Assembly (NCBI GenBank): GCA_963782915.1
Contig: CAWALK010000014.1
Location: 31,046 to 95,045, forward strand
DNA length: 64,000 nt
From: an uncultured archaeon
GTDB lineage: Archaea; Thermoproteota; Bathyarchaeia; Bathyarchaeales; Bathycorpusculaceae
Direction of reading: 5' to 3'
Shown here: positions 42,485-52,832 of the stretch, piece by piece
Numbering within the stretch: position 1 is the stretch's first letter
Layout of the letters: every line of letters begins with the position of its first letter
Notes under the pieces: generated by a model
What the model was told of the DNA's origin: nothing
Seen by the model: only the letters and a program-made list of their open reading frames with translations
Database searches by the model: none
Program-made: the position numbers and the translations under genes

Positions 42485-45133
42485 ATGAAATTTAAGAAAA
42501 CAATATCAATTTTGATCTTAGTAGCATTCGTAGTTTCAATAATTCCTACAATACATATACAGCCAGCAGAAGCAGCGGCAACAATGAAAACCTATCCAAT
42601 CGTCGACGCAATTCCTAACCCAATCTGGTTAGGTAGATCAACACTGCTCAAAATGGGTATCTCAGAGGCGGCGCCATCAGCATCTTATGGATGGTCAGGA
42701 ATCACTATGACCGTCGTAAAACCGGACGGAACAACTCAGACTCTTGGTCCATTCACAACTGACTCAACCGGTGCAACCTACACAGAATATACTCCCGACC
42801 AAGTAGGAAACTACACAATCACAACAAACTTCCCAAACAACACATATCCAATAACAACCACACCCTCTGGAAGAACACAACCTATCCAAGCAGGCACTAT
42901 ACTTCTAGCAAGCACCATATCAATGACATTAGTAGTAACTGAACAAGGGACTCAAACATTCTATCCAGGTCATGCTTTACCAACTGAGTACTGGAGTCGC
43001 CCAATCGACCCACAACTCAGAGAATGGTATAGCATTTCAGGTAACTGGGTAGAACGACCATTCAACTCGTTTGTTACTTACCAAGAGGACTCTCCTGAGA
43101 CTCCACACATCCTATGGGCTACCCCATATGAGCAAGGAGGCATATCAGGCGGCTTATACGATGGCGAAAACAATGTAGTTGCAGATATGTACGGAGGAGA
43201 TGCATATGAAGGCAGATTCGCAAATTCAGTTGTTATCAACGGAGTACTATACTACAACACACAAGGCGCAGGAACCTATGCGCAAGTTGCCATACCCGGA
43301 ATACAAGCAATCGATCTCCACACAGGTGAGAAACTTTGGTTCCTAAACAACACATTACTCTCATTTGGTCAGACGATGTTCTTCCCAAGCTACAACGTTA
43401 ACGGTGTATGGAATTACCTATGGTCAGTAACTGGCAGCAACTACACGGCATACAGCACAAATGATGGCTCATTCAAGTTCATGTTCTACAATGTACCTTC
43501 AGGCACAAGAGTCTGGGGTCCAAACGGGGAAATCCTCATCTACCAAATTGATTACGCTCGCGGCTGGATGGCACTATGGAACTCAACACAAGCAGGAATG
43601 CAAAACGCCGTTATCGGACAACCAAGTTATGGCAGCTGGGACTTCGGTACCTTAGGAATGGATGCAAACGGTAAAGGCTCACGCGACGCAGGCGGCCCAA
43701 CAAACCCAACTAACGCAATAGGTCAGCAGATAAATTCGGCTTTCCCTGCGGAAAGATGCCTAAACGGTGCACTTGACAAATGCTATACATGGAACGTAAC
43801 CATTCCCAAAGGCTTAAGCGCAAACTATCTTAGAGTTTACCAAGGCGACAGAGTCGTCGGTATGGTCTACAACCAAACCATGGTACGCATGTGGGGTCTG
43901 CCAATTAACAGCATAACTACAACACGCAACGCAACAGTAAACACACAAACAGTCTCAACAATATTTGACAAGACATGGGCAGCTCCATCTGAATGGCTTG
44001 CAGGATCAAACATACTATACTACACTGGCGCATCAAACTATGTCACAGACGATACCTATGGCAACGGTGTCATGGCAGTATTTAGCAAAGAACTCAGAAT
44101 CCACTATGGCTTTAGCCTTGTTGACGGATCATACCTATGGGCAACTGAACCTGAAAACTATCTTGACCTATACGGTTCGGGCGCTGGTGAGCACACATGG
44201 TATTTTGCGTACGGTAAACTCTACTCAGTTGGTCTCGCAGGTATTATGTATGCTTTCAACCTCCAAACTGGCCAAACTGACTGGACCTACACACTAAAAG
44301 ATCCTTATGGTGAGCCAGTTACCGGTGAGAACTGGTGGGGCTGGATCGACATAATCGCTAACGGCAAGATCTACATTGGCACTCTCGAGCACTCTGCAAA
44401 CAGCCCAATGCCAAGAGGTGGACCATACGCTTGTGTAAACGCAACCGACGGATCTGAAATCTTCCGTGTTAACGGTTTGATGCGTGAAACTCGTTGGGGC
44501 GGTAACCCAGTTATGGGTGACAGCATCATCGCAGGCTACGATACATATGACCTACAGATCTATGCAATGGGTAAAGGCGCAAGCAAAACTACTGTGTCAG
44601 CTCCCAACCTTGGCGCTGCACCAGGACAAAGCGTACTCATAGCAGGCAAAGTAACCGACACTTCCCCCGGCACAACCGACTCACGCATTGCACTACGGTT
44701 CCCCAACGGTGTAGCAGCAGTCTCTGACGACAGCCAAAGCCAATGGATGCTCTATGTCTACAAGCAATTCGAGATGCCAACTAACGCAACCGGTGTCCCA
44801 GTTACGATCTCAGTGGTTGATGCAAACGGTAACTTCCGTGAAATCGGAACGACCACAAGCGACTCCTCAGGCAGCTACAGCTTAAGTTGGATGCCAGACA
44901 TTGCAGGTAAATACACAGTCATCGCAAGCTTCGCAGGCTCTAAAGCATACTATGGATCATATGACCAAACGTTCTTCGTCGTTGATGAAGCAGCAGCAAC
45001 CGTTATTCCACAGCCAACGCAAGCATCTAACATGGCAGACTTATACCTACTACCAGGCATCATCGGTATAATCATTGCAATCGCAGTAGTCGGCGTAGTA
45101 CTTTCTCTGCTCATCACAAAGAAGCGACCATAA
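42485..45133 (+). CDS. Large PQQ-like beta-propeller surface protein, paralog of 32165-34770
   Basis: Intact 882 aa; LGPFTTDSTG, LPTEYWSRPI, FPNGVAAVSD, TGVPVTISVVDANGN, TM plus KKRP. Confidence 0.88.
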   Translation: MKFKKTISILILVAFVVSIIPTIHIQPAEAAATMKTYPIVDAIPNPIWLGRSTLLKMGISEAAPSASYGWSGITMTVVKPDGTTQTLGPFTTDSTGATYTEYTPDQVGNYTITTNFPNNTYPITTTPSGRTQPIQAGTILLASTISMTLVVTEQGTQTFYPGHALPTEYWSRPIDPQLREWYSISGNWVERPFNSFVTYQEDSPETPHILWATPYEQGGISGGLYDGENNVVADMYGGDAYEGRFANSVVINGVLYYNTQGAGTYAQVAIPGIQAIDLHTGEKLWFLNNTLLSFGQTMFFPSYNVNGVWNYLWSVTGSNYTAYSTNDGSFKFMFYNVPSGTRVWGPNGEILIYQIDYARGWMALWNSTQAGMQNAVIGQPSYGSWDFGTLGMDANGKGSRDAGGPTNPTNAIGQQINSAFPAERCLNGALDKCYTWNVTIPKGLSANYLRVYQGDRVVGMVYNQTMVRMWGLPINSITTTRNATVNTQTVSTIFDKTWAAPSEWLAGSNILYYTGASNYVTDDTYGNGVMAVFSKELRIHYGFSLVDGSYLWATEPENYLDLYGSGAGEHTWYFAYGKLYSVGLAGIMYAFNLQTGQTDWTYTLKDPYGEPVTGENWWGWIDIIANGKIYIGTLEHSANSPMPRGGPYACVNATDGSEIFRVNGLMRETRWGGNPVMGDSIIAGYDTYDLQIYAMGKGASKTTVSAPNLGAAPGQSVLIAGKVTDTSPGTTDSRIALRFPNGVAAVSDDSQSQWMLYVYKQFEMPTNATGVPVTISVVDANGNFREIGTTTSDSSGSYSLSWMPDIAGKYTVIASFAGSKAYYGSYDQTFFVVDEAAATVIPQPTQASNMADLYLLPGIIGIIIAIAVVGVVLSLLITKKRP

Positions 45134-45150
45134 AAAGCAACAAACAAAAA

Positions 45151-45180
45151 CAACTTTTCCTTTTTTTTGTTTCTTCTTTT
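45151..45180 (+). terminator. Oligo-T terminator
   Basis: CTTTTCCTTTTTTTTGTTTCTTCTTTT right after the stop; a similar tract lies at 34795-34810. Confidence 0.55.
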
Positions 45181-45321
45181 AAGTTCTAAATTGAGGAACA
45201 GGACCGATCGAGTACAACAGTAGGGGCAAAATATTTGGAATTATATGACCGTAGGCTTGTAAATAGTTAACTCAAATGTCTTTTTAGAGCACGTTATCTT
45301 GGTAGATTATTTATACGCCAA

Positions 45322-47043
45322 ATGCTTTCTTTAATATATAGGGATAATTCGAAAATGTTAAACCGCCGTTCTTCTAAGGTCTTGGCGTTCCCAATTGTGC
45401 TATTGCTTGGTTTATGCTTTCTGTTTTCTGCTCTGCCAGTACGGAGCTATGGAACCAATGGGAGCGGCACAAGCTTCTATGGAGGAGACGTAGGGGATGA
45501 TTGGGGGTACAGTATTGTCTTAACAAGGGATGTTGGGTTAGCTATGGCTGGATCCACCGAGTCCTATGGGGCAGGTGGCAGCGACATGTGGCTCATACGA
45601 ACTGTCCTAAGAACGGGAACTCATAGTACAGGCGCTACAATAGCGTATCAGGGTTACGCTTGGAACAAAACCTATGGCGGTGCAGCAGATGAAGCGGCAA
45701 AGCAGGTTATTCAGACCAGTGATGGAGGGTTTGCGTTGGCTGGCTATACGAACTCTTCAGGCGCTGGCGGATTGGATATGTTTCTTGTTAAAACCGACAT
45801 TGATGGGGAAATGGTTTGGAATGCCACCTTCGGTGGATCCCTCGATGATGTAGCTAACTCTATACTTCAGACTAGTGATGGAGGGTACCTCTTAGCTGGG
45901 TACACTCACGTTTTAGAGGATCAGCAGGCGACTTGGGTTGTGAAGACTGACTCGGTTGGTGTGATGGAGTGGAATCAAACCTATCTTGGCACTAGTGCTA
46001 ATTCGGTGATTTTGGGTAGGGATGGGTCGGTTGTGTTGGCGGTGGATTGTCCGGGTGGCTTTGGATTAGTTAAACTGAGCCTCTCCGGTGAGTTGTTATG
46101 GAATCAAACATATCCTGCGGTTTGGGCTTTTGCTTCGGCTCGATCTGTTGTTGAATCGAGTGCGGGTGGGTATATGCTTGTTGGCGCTATCGAAGACAGC
46201 GACGCCGGCGTCAAAGCTGGTTGGCTTGTTAGAACCGACAGCTCAGGCAACCCCCTATGGAATACAATCGTTGATGATGTTAGAATTTACTCGGTTATTG
46301 AGATGTCAAATGGCGACTTTGCAATGTGTGGCGATTATGCATCAGTTGTCATCGTTGATAAATTTGGTATTATTCAGTATAATCGGCCAAATGATGGGTT
46401 GTCAGATGATATGCGCCCCAAAGTGTTCACGGCAGCCTATAGTATTATAGAGGCTAGTCCGCTGCATTTTGTTATGGCTGGTGGGCAGCATAGTTATGGT
46501 CAAATGGCTTTGGGATACAATGCTTTGCTTATGACCTACAATTTGGTTTCTGACACTACTCCACCTACGATTAAGCTGTTGTTACCTGAAAATGGTCAAA
46601 CCTACCCTCCAGACGAGGTTCCCCTGACTTTCTATGCTGACAGTTCGACTGTTCGGCTTTGGTACAGCATCGATGATCAAGGCAACTACACCATAACTGG
46701 CAACATGACGCTACCCATACTCGCAGAAGGCACGCACAAAATCACCGTATACGGCCAAGACCAAAACTACAACACTGCAGGCACAGAACCAGCTACGTTT
46801 CTAACTCAAACAATCTACATCGCTGTGGCAGCATCAGACGTTTCACCTCCAACAACACAACCAACGCAGACACCTGCCGACCTTGGCAGGGCAGATACTG
46901 TAACTGATCAGAATTGGATAGTTTACTTGGTAGTTGTTGTTGGGGTAGTAATTATTGCCTTGGTGGGTCTTGGTTGGTACCTTAGAAAAGACATACCAAG
47001 CTCTGCAGACATAAAAGCGCAAGCTCAACAGAACATAAGATAG
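45322..47043 (+). CDS. Secreted beta-propeller repeat protein with Ig-like domain and C-terminal TM anchor
   Basis: Repeated WN.TYGG..D..A..V.QTSDGG..LAG..D.WLVKTD units; DTTPPTI..L.PEN.TY. Confidence 0.8.
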   Translation: MLSLIYRDNSKMLNRRSSKVLAFPIVLLLGLCFLFSALPVRSYGTNGSGTSFYGGDVGDDWGYSIVLTRDVGLAMAGSTESYGAGGSDMWLIRTVLRTGTHSTGATIAYQGYAWNKTYGGAADEAAKQVIQTSDGGFALAGYTNSSGAGGLDMFLVKTDIDGEMVWNATFGGSLDDVANSILQTSDGGYLLAGYTHVLEDQQATWVVKTDSVGVMEWNQTYLGTSANSVILGRDGSVVLAVDCPGGFGLVKLSLSGELLWNQTYPAVWAFASARSVVESSAGGYMLVGAIEDSDAGVKAGWLVRTDSSGNPLWNTIVDDVRIYSVIEMSNGDFAMCGDYASVVIVDKFGIIQYNRPNDGLSDDMRPKVFTAAYSIIEASPLHFVMAGGQHSYGQMALGYNALLMTYNLVSDTTPPTIKLLLPENGQTYPPDEVPLTFYADSSTVRLWYSIDDQGNYTITGNMTLPILAEGTHKITVYGQDQNYNTAGTEPATFLTQTIYIAVAASDVSPPTTQPTQTPADLGRADTVTDQNWIVYLVVVVGVVIIALVGLGWYLRKDIPSSADIKAQAQQNIR

Positions 47044-47200
47044 AAAGCAACTTCTTGCCACAAAATGACCATTCAATCCTAAACGCCATGTTTTTTCTGT
47101 TTTCCAAGACCTTGTCTTGGTTAGTTTACATTGTTTGGGCAGTTGGCAGTTCACTTAGGCTTAAATTCCCCGAAAAGTATGGTTCCAACAGTGAACCCTA

Positions 47201-48163
47201 ATGTCAGAGATCGAATCCAAAGAAGTCGAGTGGAAAGTAAACGATATTTCTATGCATGGTACAATAACTCGTCCAAAAAGCTGTGATGCTTGCTCGGCGG
47301 TAGTCTTTGTTGCCGGTAGTGGTCCAACCGACCGCGATTGGTGCTCTCCGCTGTTGCCGGGAAAAAATGGCAGCGGAAAGTTTTTGGCTGAATATCTGGC
47401 AAGTCAAGGATTTCTAACATTACGCTATGACAAAATTGCCTCTGGACCGTATGCTCAAGAAAACGTTTCCAAGATGATAGGCAAAATCAGCATGCAAAGC
47501 CATTTAGACGAATTATTAGGCGCCGTTAACACTCTTGAAAGTGTAGATCGCCTTTTTGTACTTACAAACAGTGAAGGAGCAATCCACGCTCTAAACTACC
47601 AATTGCAGGCTAAGACAAAATTTGAGGGCATGGTGCTGACGGGGGCGCCGGGACGATCTATCGGTCAAGTAGCCCGAACTCAAATCATAAATCAACTCGC
47701 ACCCTTGCCTAACAAGGATACAATCATAGACCAATATGATGCTGCTATAGCTTCTTTTGTTAACGGCAAACAGGTAGTGCCTGATTCCGCTCTTCCTGAA
47801 GGCATTAAGCAGCTGCTGTTTTCGCTGGCTACTCCTGCTAACTTGCCTTTTGCTAGGGAGTTATGGGCCTATGACCCCTCAGAAGTTATCGCAAAAATTA
47901 AAGAGCCAATACTTGTCGTAATCGGCAAAAAAGATATTCAAGTTGATTGGCGAGTCGACGGCAAAGCCTTAGAATGTGCTGTAGCTGGAGAAGACACAGT
48001 TTCCTTCGTCTATCCTGAAAACGCTGATCATGTGTTGAAATTTGAAGAAACGCCATACGAAAAACTGGGCGCTGAGGCTGCTCTCCGATATAACGTTTCA
48101 GATCGGAAGCTCGACCGAGAAGCCGCAACTGCAATCTTTAATTGGCTTATCAAGCGAGCCTAA
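47201..48163 (+). CDS. Alpha/beta hydrolase
   Basis: GSGPTDRD, LRYDK, NSEGA nucleophile elbow, GKKDIQV, ADHVLK. Confidence 0.85.
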   Translation: MSEIESKEVEWKVNDISMHGTITRPKSCDACSAVVFVAGSGPTDRDWCSPLLPGKNGSGKFLAEYLASQGFLTLRYDKIASGPYAQENVSKMIGKISMQSHLDELLGAVNTLESVDRLFVLTNSEGAIHALNYQLQAKTKFEGMVLTGAPGRSIGQVARTQIINQLAPLPNKDTIIDQYDAAIASFVNGKQVVPDSALPEGIKQLLFSLATPANLPFARELWAYDPSEVIAKIKEPILVVIGKKDIQVDWRVDGKALECAVAGEDTVSFVYPENADHVLKFEETPYEKLGAEAALRYNVSDRKLDREAATAIFNWLIKRA

Positions 48164-48285
48164 GTCTTCAACAGATCGATGGGCACAGCTAATGATTAAT
48201 TATTTATTTTTTATGTTGAGCCTTGCCTGGTATACTACAAGGTTGTTAGCTAATAGAGCGGGGTTTTAGGTGGTGCCCATTGGGA

Positions 48286-49689
48286 TTATTTGGTCTTTTT
48301 CTTGCTTGCTTTTCTAATGGTTACAAATACTGCAATCGAAATTAGAATGCTTGCTCCAAGGAAATAGTAGCCTATTGAATTTTGGCTAAAAACCGATGAA
48401 GGGCTTGGTGTTGGTGTTTGAAGTTGCCATGCGGATTCGTTACCTGCTGGATTCTGTGATGGTATAGTCTGTGCATCTGGAATCAGTCCAGTATCGTTCC
48501 AATAAAGAATATTTTCATAGCCTATTTGCTCAACGGTCTGGCCTGCTCTTGGGTAGATGATGTCTAGTTTGGGTCCAAACATTTGCAGTAGGGTAGCGAT
48601 AGTCATTCTAATGTTGGTTGTAAAATTCCTTGATCCTTCAGCGATGTTAAAATCTGCGTTCCATAACCCCCAGATCGTATCGTTTGGACTACGGAACCCT
48701 TCGCCAAAGCTGTCTGGAAGAACATACACTGATCTGGCGGCTGTGGGAGTTGGCGTTCTTGGGTTTGTTTGTGTGTATTGCCAAAACTGTTTCATGGCGT
48801 CAAAATGGTCTTGCTGAAGAACGTTCTCTGTCCAGTTTTTGTTGCTGTCGAATACTATGATGTATTTTGCGCCGTTCTGATATGCGGCTACCATATCTTG
48901 GTAGAGCCCAGGGCCTGACTCCATGTAGGGTGGTTGCTGGTACGCCCAGGTGATCATGATACCCCAGTCTTTATCCATGGCTGTTGCTGCTCCCCTGACA
49001 AGAGCAGTGTTTAGTTGGCGACTGTAGTCTTCCCAGCCGCTTTTCCAGCCGTACTCTGCAAATATGGTGTCGTAGCCGGCTTGATAATCAAACCAGTATA
49101 AACCGTAATCTGAAGTAAATAATTGTAGGTTTGTTTGGTCCTTTAAGTTTATGCCTATTGAGTAGGGTCCGCTGCGTAGGTACCAGTTTATGGTGTTGAC
49201 GTATCTGTTGGCTGCGTCACTGAAGTTTTTTGCATAGTAAAATGCTGGGTAGTTTGCTTGATCTAGCTGTTTTCCTCCAGGTTCATCATAGAAATAGATC
49301 CCCAAAAATTTTGTGCCAAAATTAGCCGTTGCATTTCTGAGCCATGATGCTGAAGGATAACCCGGATCATCAGAGTAAACTATGAAACTCAAACCTTTTT
49401 CAAAGACATATTCGCTTATGTAACTAAGCCTAGTTTCATTGTAGATCGGTCGACTATGGTTTCCTTGGACTACTGGTCCATAGCAGCCGATTACAAACAA
49501 ATTAGTGTAAGAGCTGACTGTGTCAATGATCCTTAGCGTCTCATCTAAGTTTTCGAAGGCAACATCAACTCCGAAGTAGAGGGGTGTAGACGTCTCCGTA
49601 GTGTTGGCTGTTGTTAGTGGTGCAAAGTTTAAGGTGAAACTGCAAATTAGCGTAAAAATTAGCAGAATTGTTAGTTCTTTTAATTTCAT
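48286..49689 (-). CDS. Membrane-anchored putative glycoside-hydrolase-like (TIM-barrel) protein
   Basis: Signal peptide, FLGIYFYDEPGG, LFTSDY.LYWFDY, C-terminal TM; paralog of 52833-54152. Confidence 0.6.
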   Translation of the reverse strand: MKLKELTILLIFTLICSFTLNFAPLTTANTTETSTPLYFGVDVAFENLDETLRIIDTVSSYTNLFVIGCYGPVVQGNHSRPIYNETRLSYISEYVFEKGLSFIVYSDDPGYPSASWLRNATANFGTKFLGIYFYDEPGGKQLDQANYPAFYYAKNFSDAANRYVNTINWYLRSGPYSIGINLKDQTNLQLFTSDYGLYWFDYQAGYDTIFAEYGWKSGWEDYSRQLNTALVRGAATAMDKDWGIMITWAYQQPPYMESGPGLYQDMVAAYQNGAKYIIVFDSNKNWTENVLQQDHFDAMKQFWQYTQTNPRTPTPTAARSVYVLPDSFGEGFRSPNDTIWGLWNADFNIAEGSRNFTTNIRMTIATLLQMFGPKLDIIYPRAGQTVEQIGYENILYWNDTGLIPDAQTIPSQNPAGNESAWQLQTPTPSPSSVFSQNSIGYYFLGASILISIAVFVTIRKASKKKTK

Positions 49690-49919
49690 TGTTATTTATT
49701 GATTTGTTGTTGATGGCTAATAAGATTTTTCAGAAGTCGGGGAGCTGCTGGTTTAACCTCGTTATTCCTGTTTTAATACTGTTATGGGGACTTTTGCAAT
49801 GGTAAATCAATCGAGGCATACCTAACTATTGGTGCTGTAGTAGTTCTCTTGTAGTCACATCTTTTTTTATTTCATTCAACGGCCTATGTGATTAAAATAA
49901 GGTTTAAGAGGCAAAAAGT

Positions 49920-50519
49920 TTGAGAAAAAAGTACTTGTTTTTAGGATTAGCTTTAATTTTAGTTATAATAATTCCCTTGGCTGCCGCAACGATAACCCAA
50001 ACCCAAACCATACACGTAAGCGGAAATGCGAATTATCCGCATAACACCCCTCCATCTTCCCTTACGCCAACGCCCACGCAAGCACCGGCTGCTTCCGTAG
50101 CTTCGCCGAATGTGGCGTTCTCTTTATTTTTTGCAAATGGCACAGCCTATCCTTCCTCAGTGACAGGAGTTATTGCCGGCGTGAACACAGTTGTAGTGGA
50201 TCCTCTCAGTGGACATAACGGCGGATGGACACCCACCTGTGTGGTAGTAAAGAATGATGGCAATGTTCCGATAACGATCAATGCCGCCTTGGCAAACAAG
50301 AATATACCCGAAAACATGGATTTAACACTTAATTCCGGTTACTATGGAACAGTCTCCGGAGGGTACGGCGCAGATAAAGCAACAAGCCAACAACCAATCC
50401 AACCCGGACAAGTCTACTACATGTCCCTAATAGCGTTCCTAACACCTAAAAGCAACTATACGCCAGACCAGCCATTTAGTTATAGTTATGATGTAGTAAT
50501 AACTGCATCACAAGCTTAA
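49920..50519 (+). CDS. Secreted hypothetical protein
   Basis: Signal peptide, P/T linker, VKNDGNVPITI beta-sandwich-like motif. Confidence 0.65.
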   Translation: MRKKYLFLGLALILVIIIPLAAATITQTQTIHVSGNANYPHNTPPSSLTPTPTQAPAASVASPNVAFSLFFANGTAYPSSVTGVIAGVNTVVVDPLSGHNGGWTPTCVVVKNDGNVPITINAALANKNIPENMDLTLNSGYYGTVSGGYGADKATSQQPIQPGQVYYMSLIAFLTPKSNYTPDQPFSYSYDVVITASQA

Positions 50520-50569
50520 ACGCTACGGCGACTGCTGTGAGACCAGTAAAACATCTTCCATTTTGATTT

Positions 50570-50792
50570 TTTGCTCTTTGTGTGGGTATGGCGGTTTAAA
50601 GTTTACACTGCACTGGGGGTTTGGAATGGGTTGATTTTTGGGTTTAGGCTTTTTTCTGGTTCTGTTAGAGTGTGGGATACTTAATTTGCTCCACACACGA
50701 TAAGTGGCTCTATGTTGGTGGAGTGTGGGTGTAGGTGTGGGCGAATGTATCCCTTGTTGAGCTATGTTGGTTGGGATGGGATGAGAGTGGGA
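50570..50792. repeat. G/T-skewed dispersed intergenic repeat, copy 3
   Basis: GCTATGTTGGTTGGGATGGGATGAG (50761-50785) versus GCTATGTTGGGTGGGATGGGATGAG (777-801); TTTACACTGCAC also shared. Confidence 0.6.
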
Positions 50793-51042
50793 TTATACAT
50801 AGAATAATTATCGGTACTTCAAGGATACACCAATAAGCGGCGTGTGAGGACAAGCATTGGCTTCTCCACTATGATATTTTCTCGCTATCGCGCTTTTGCT
50901 GCAAACTATTCCTTAAGCTCTAAACCGATGCTCGAGTTTGATCAAGCGAATTGTAGATTTTCGAACCATAAATCGGCGTTTTTCGGTTTAAGAATTCGAA
51001 ACTTTTAAATTTGCATATAATACTTTAGTTTGGTGAGTACAA

Positions 51043-51660
51043 TTGCAGGAATTAAACCCAGATAAAACTGCAGGGGAACATCAGACTCTTAGACTCTCCT
51101 ATAAATCGGGGCATAATATAACAAAACAGCTTTTCGGCTACGGTCCTTGGTTAGAGAAAAAAGGAGAAAAACTTTACAAACGAAAAGCAACAATGGGTAT
51201 TCTTCAAGGGACAGGTGCGTACCAGTGTGGTCGTGCATGCATTGTTATTCCAGAAAATAAGCTTGATGATGTATCTAGGGTTATTACAAGATCTGGTGGA
51301 AAGATAACATCGATTAGACATAATATTTTACGAAAAGAAGAATTTGAAAGAGACACTATAAAGATGTACTGTAACAACCTGAAGGTTCTTGGAAACATAT
51401 TAAAAACTGCTTCGAATGCGAGCGATGTCAAGGAATTTAAGGATAGCTTAGATAGTTCAATAAGATTGGCAGGGAAATTCGAAGCCTATATTCGTGAATT
51501 ATCTGAATATGCAGAAGACAAGCCTGAGATTTCTTTTTTCCAGCAGATTTTCAAAGGCTTACAATCAATCTCGGAAACGGACCTTGAGGCTGCGAAAATA
51601 CAAGCAGAATTTCTTGAAAAAGAACTTGAAAATACTTGTCGGTCAATAACTAAAGCTTAA
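51043..51660 (+). CDS. Hypothetical protein
   Basis: 205-aa ORF behind GAAACTTTTAAA and a GGTGA SD. Confidence 0.65.
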   Translation: MQELNPDKTAGEHQTLRLSYKSGHNITKQLFGYGPWLEKKGEKLYKRKATMGILQGTGAYQCGRACIVIPENKLDDVSRVITRSGGKITSIRHNILRKEEFERDTIKMYCNNLKVLGNILKTASNASDVKEFKDSLDSSIRLAGKFEAYIRELSEYAEDKPEISFFQQIFKGLQSISETDLEAAKIQAEFLEKELENTCRSITKA

Positions 51661-52297
51661 GGAAAATAGAGTGCTTTCCCCAGTGCCAATTCTTTATATC
51701 AAGTGTTGGTCCACCCGTTTGTTCTAGAGATGGCGGTTGATTTGCTTGCCAGCCAGAATTGTCTGCCTTGCGGTAACAAGCATCAATCCATTTATTTCTA
51801 GTAGCATCGAGATTATCATTTGATTGAACTAAAGTTACGTCATGTCGGTTTGCGACTTTTACAATGGGCGTATGACCAACTGGGTGGAAATACAGTTTAA
51901 CGGTATTGCCAATTAATGGCGTCGATGAAACTAACCCATCATGAACCCGTGTATCAACTCTTTGGAGAGTATTATCTTTATAGACTAAGGTTGCTGGTTC
52001 CCAATCGGCATGATCTCCAGGGATAATGTCATAAGACCAGAAGTACCAATAAGTAAGGTATTGGACATCATTTTGGAGTCTTAATTCAACTACTGCTCTC
52101 TCAGGTGTGCTCCCACAGATTATTGGGCTTGGGTTTTCAACAATACCCATATCGGCAATTTTGCTTAACAAGCTTTCAAGTTTCAGCAGCTCATTCTGTG
52201 CTTCTCTTGATGGCACTTTTGGGGTTTTATGCGAAAGTTGCAGTAATTGCTCATAGAGTCTATCCCCCAGTGACATTTTTTGCTCCTGAGTAAACAT
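51650..52297 (-). CDS. Hypothetical protein with Vps62/NPP1-like H.DWE motif
   Basis: YLTYWYFWSYD..GDHADWEP.TLVY, and a later HPVGH. Confidence 0.5.
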   Translation of the reverse strand: MFTQEQKMSLGDRLYEQLLQLSHKTPKVPSREAQNELLKLESLLSKIADMGIVENPSPIICGSTPERAVVELRLQNDVQYLTYWYFWSYDIIPGDHADWEPATLVYKDNTLQRVDTRVHDGLVSSTPLIGNTVKLYFHPVGHTPIVKVANRHDVTLVQSNDNLDATRNKWIDACYRKADNSGWQANQPPSLEQTGGPTLDIKNWHWGKHSIFLKL

Positions 52298-52507
52298 ATT
52301 AGCGGTATCTAAGCATCGGTTGTATATGGAACGCTGGCATAAATTGCTTTTTGAAAAAAGGAGTTAGCTGCCGACCTGCCATCTTCTTATTTTAAAACTT
52401 TGTGCAAAGTGTGCGGCATTGTTCCTGTCCAAACTAAAGCTGAATATAGGCTAAACAGTTATCAAGATGCGACAAAGACTTGTTGATTGCAAGATTTTAG
52501 TGCTCTA

Positions 52508-52740
52508 AGCAACCTATTAACGGGTAGGAGAAGTGCAAATTTTTCAACCGTCTTCTTTCAATACCTTGGCCTAAGATAGACCAACAAGGGCCGCTTCTTT
52601 GGTTTTGGTTTAGGGTAGTAGTCTAGCAAATTTCGCAGACCACTACTTCTAACTTGGCAGTTTGTCGATTTCTTCTTTGTGTGCTACAACTTGCAGGCAG
52701 TATTTTGATTGTAGTTATAGCTTAGTTGATGATGACTGGT
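52508..52740. repeat. REP/BIME-like palindrome cluster 1
   Basis: GGTAGGAGAAG-N-TCTTCTTTCAA (52523-52561) and GGTAGTAGTC-N-GACCACTACTTCTAA (52614-52652); linkers homologous to 58245-58370. Confidence 0.75.
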
Positions 52741-52832
52741 ATTTTTTTGCGGTCGCTTTCTCGATGGCGAAATGTAAAACTATTCGATCACCCAGACAAG
52801 TTTAAAATATCTTTATTCCAATAAGATGGTTA

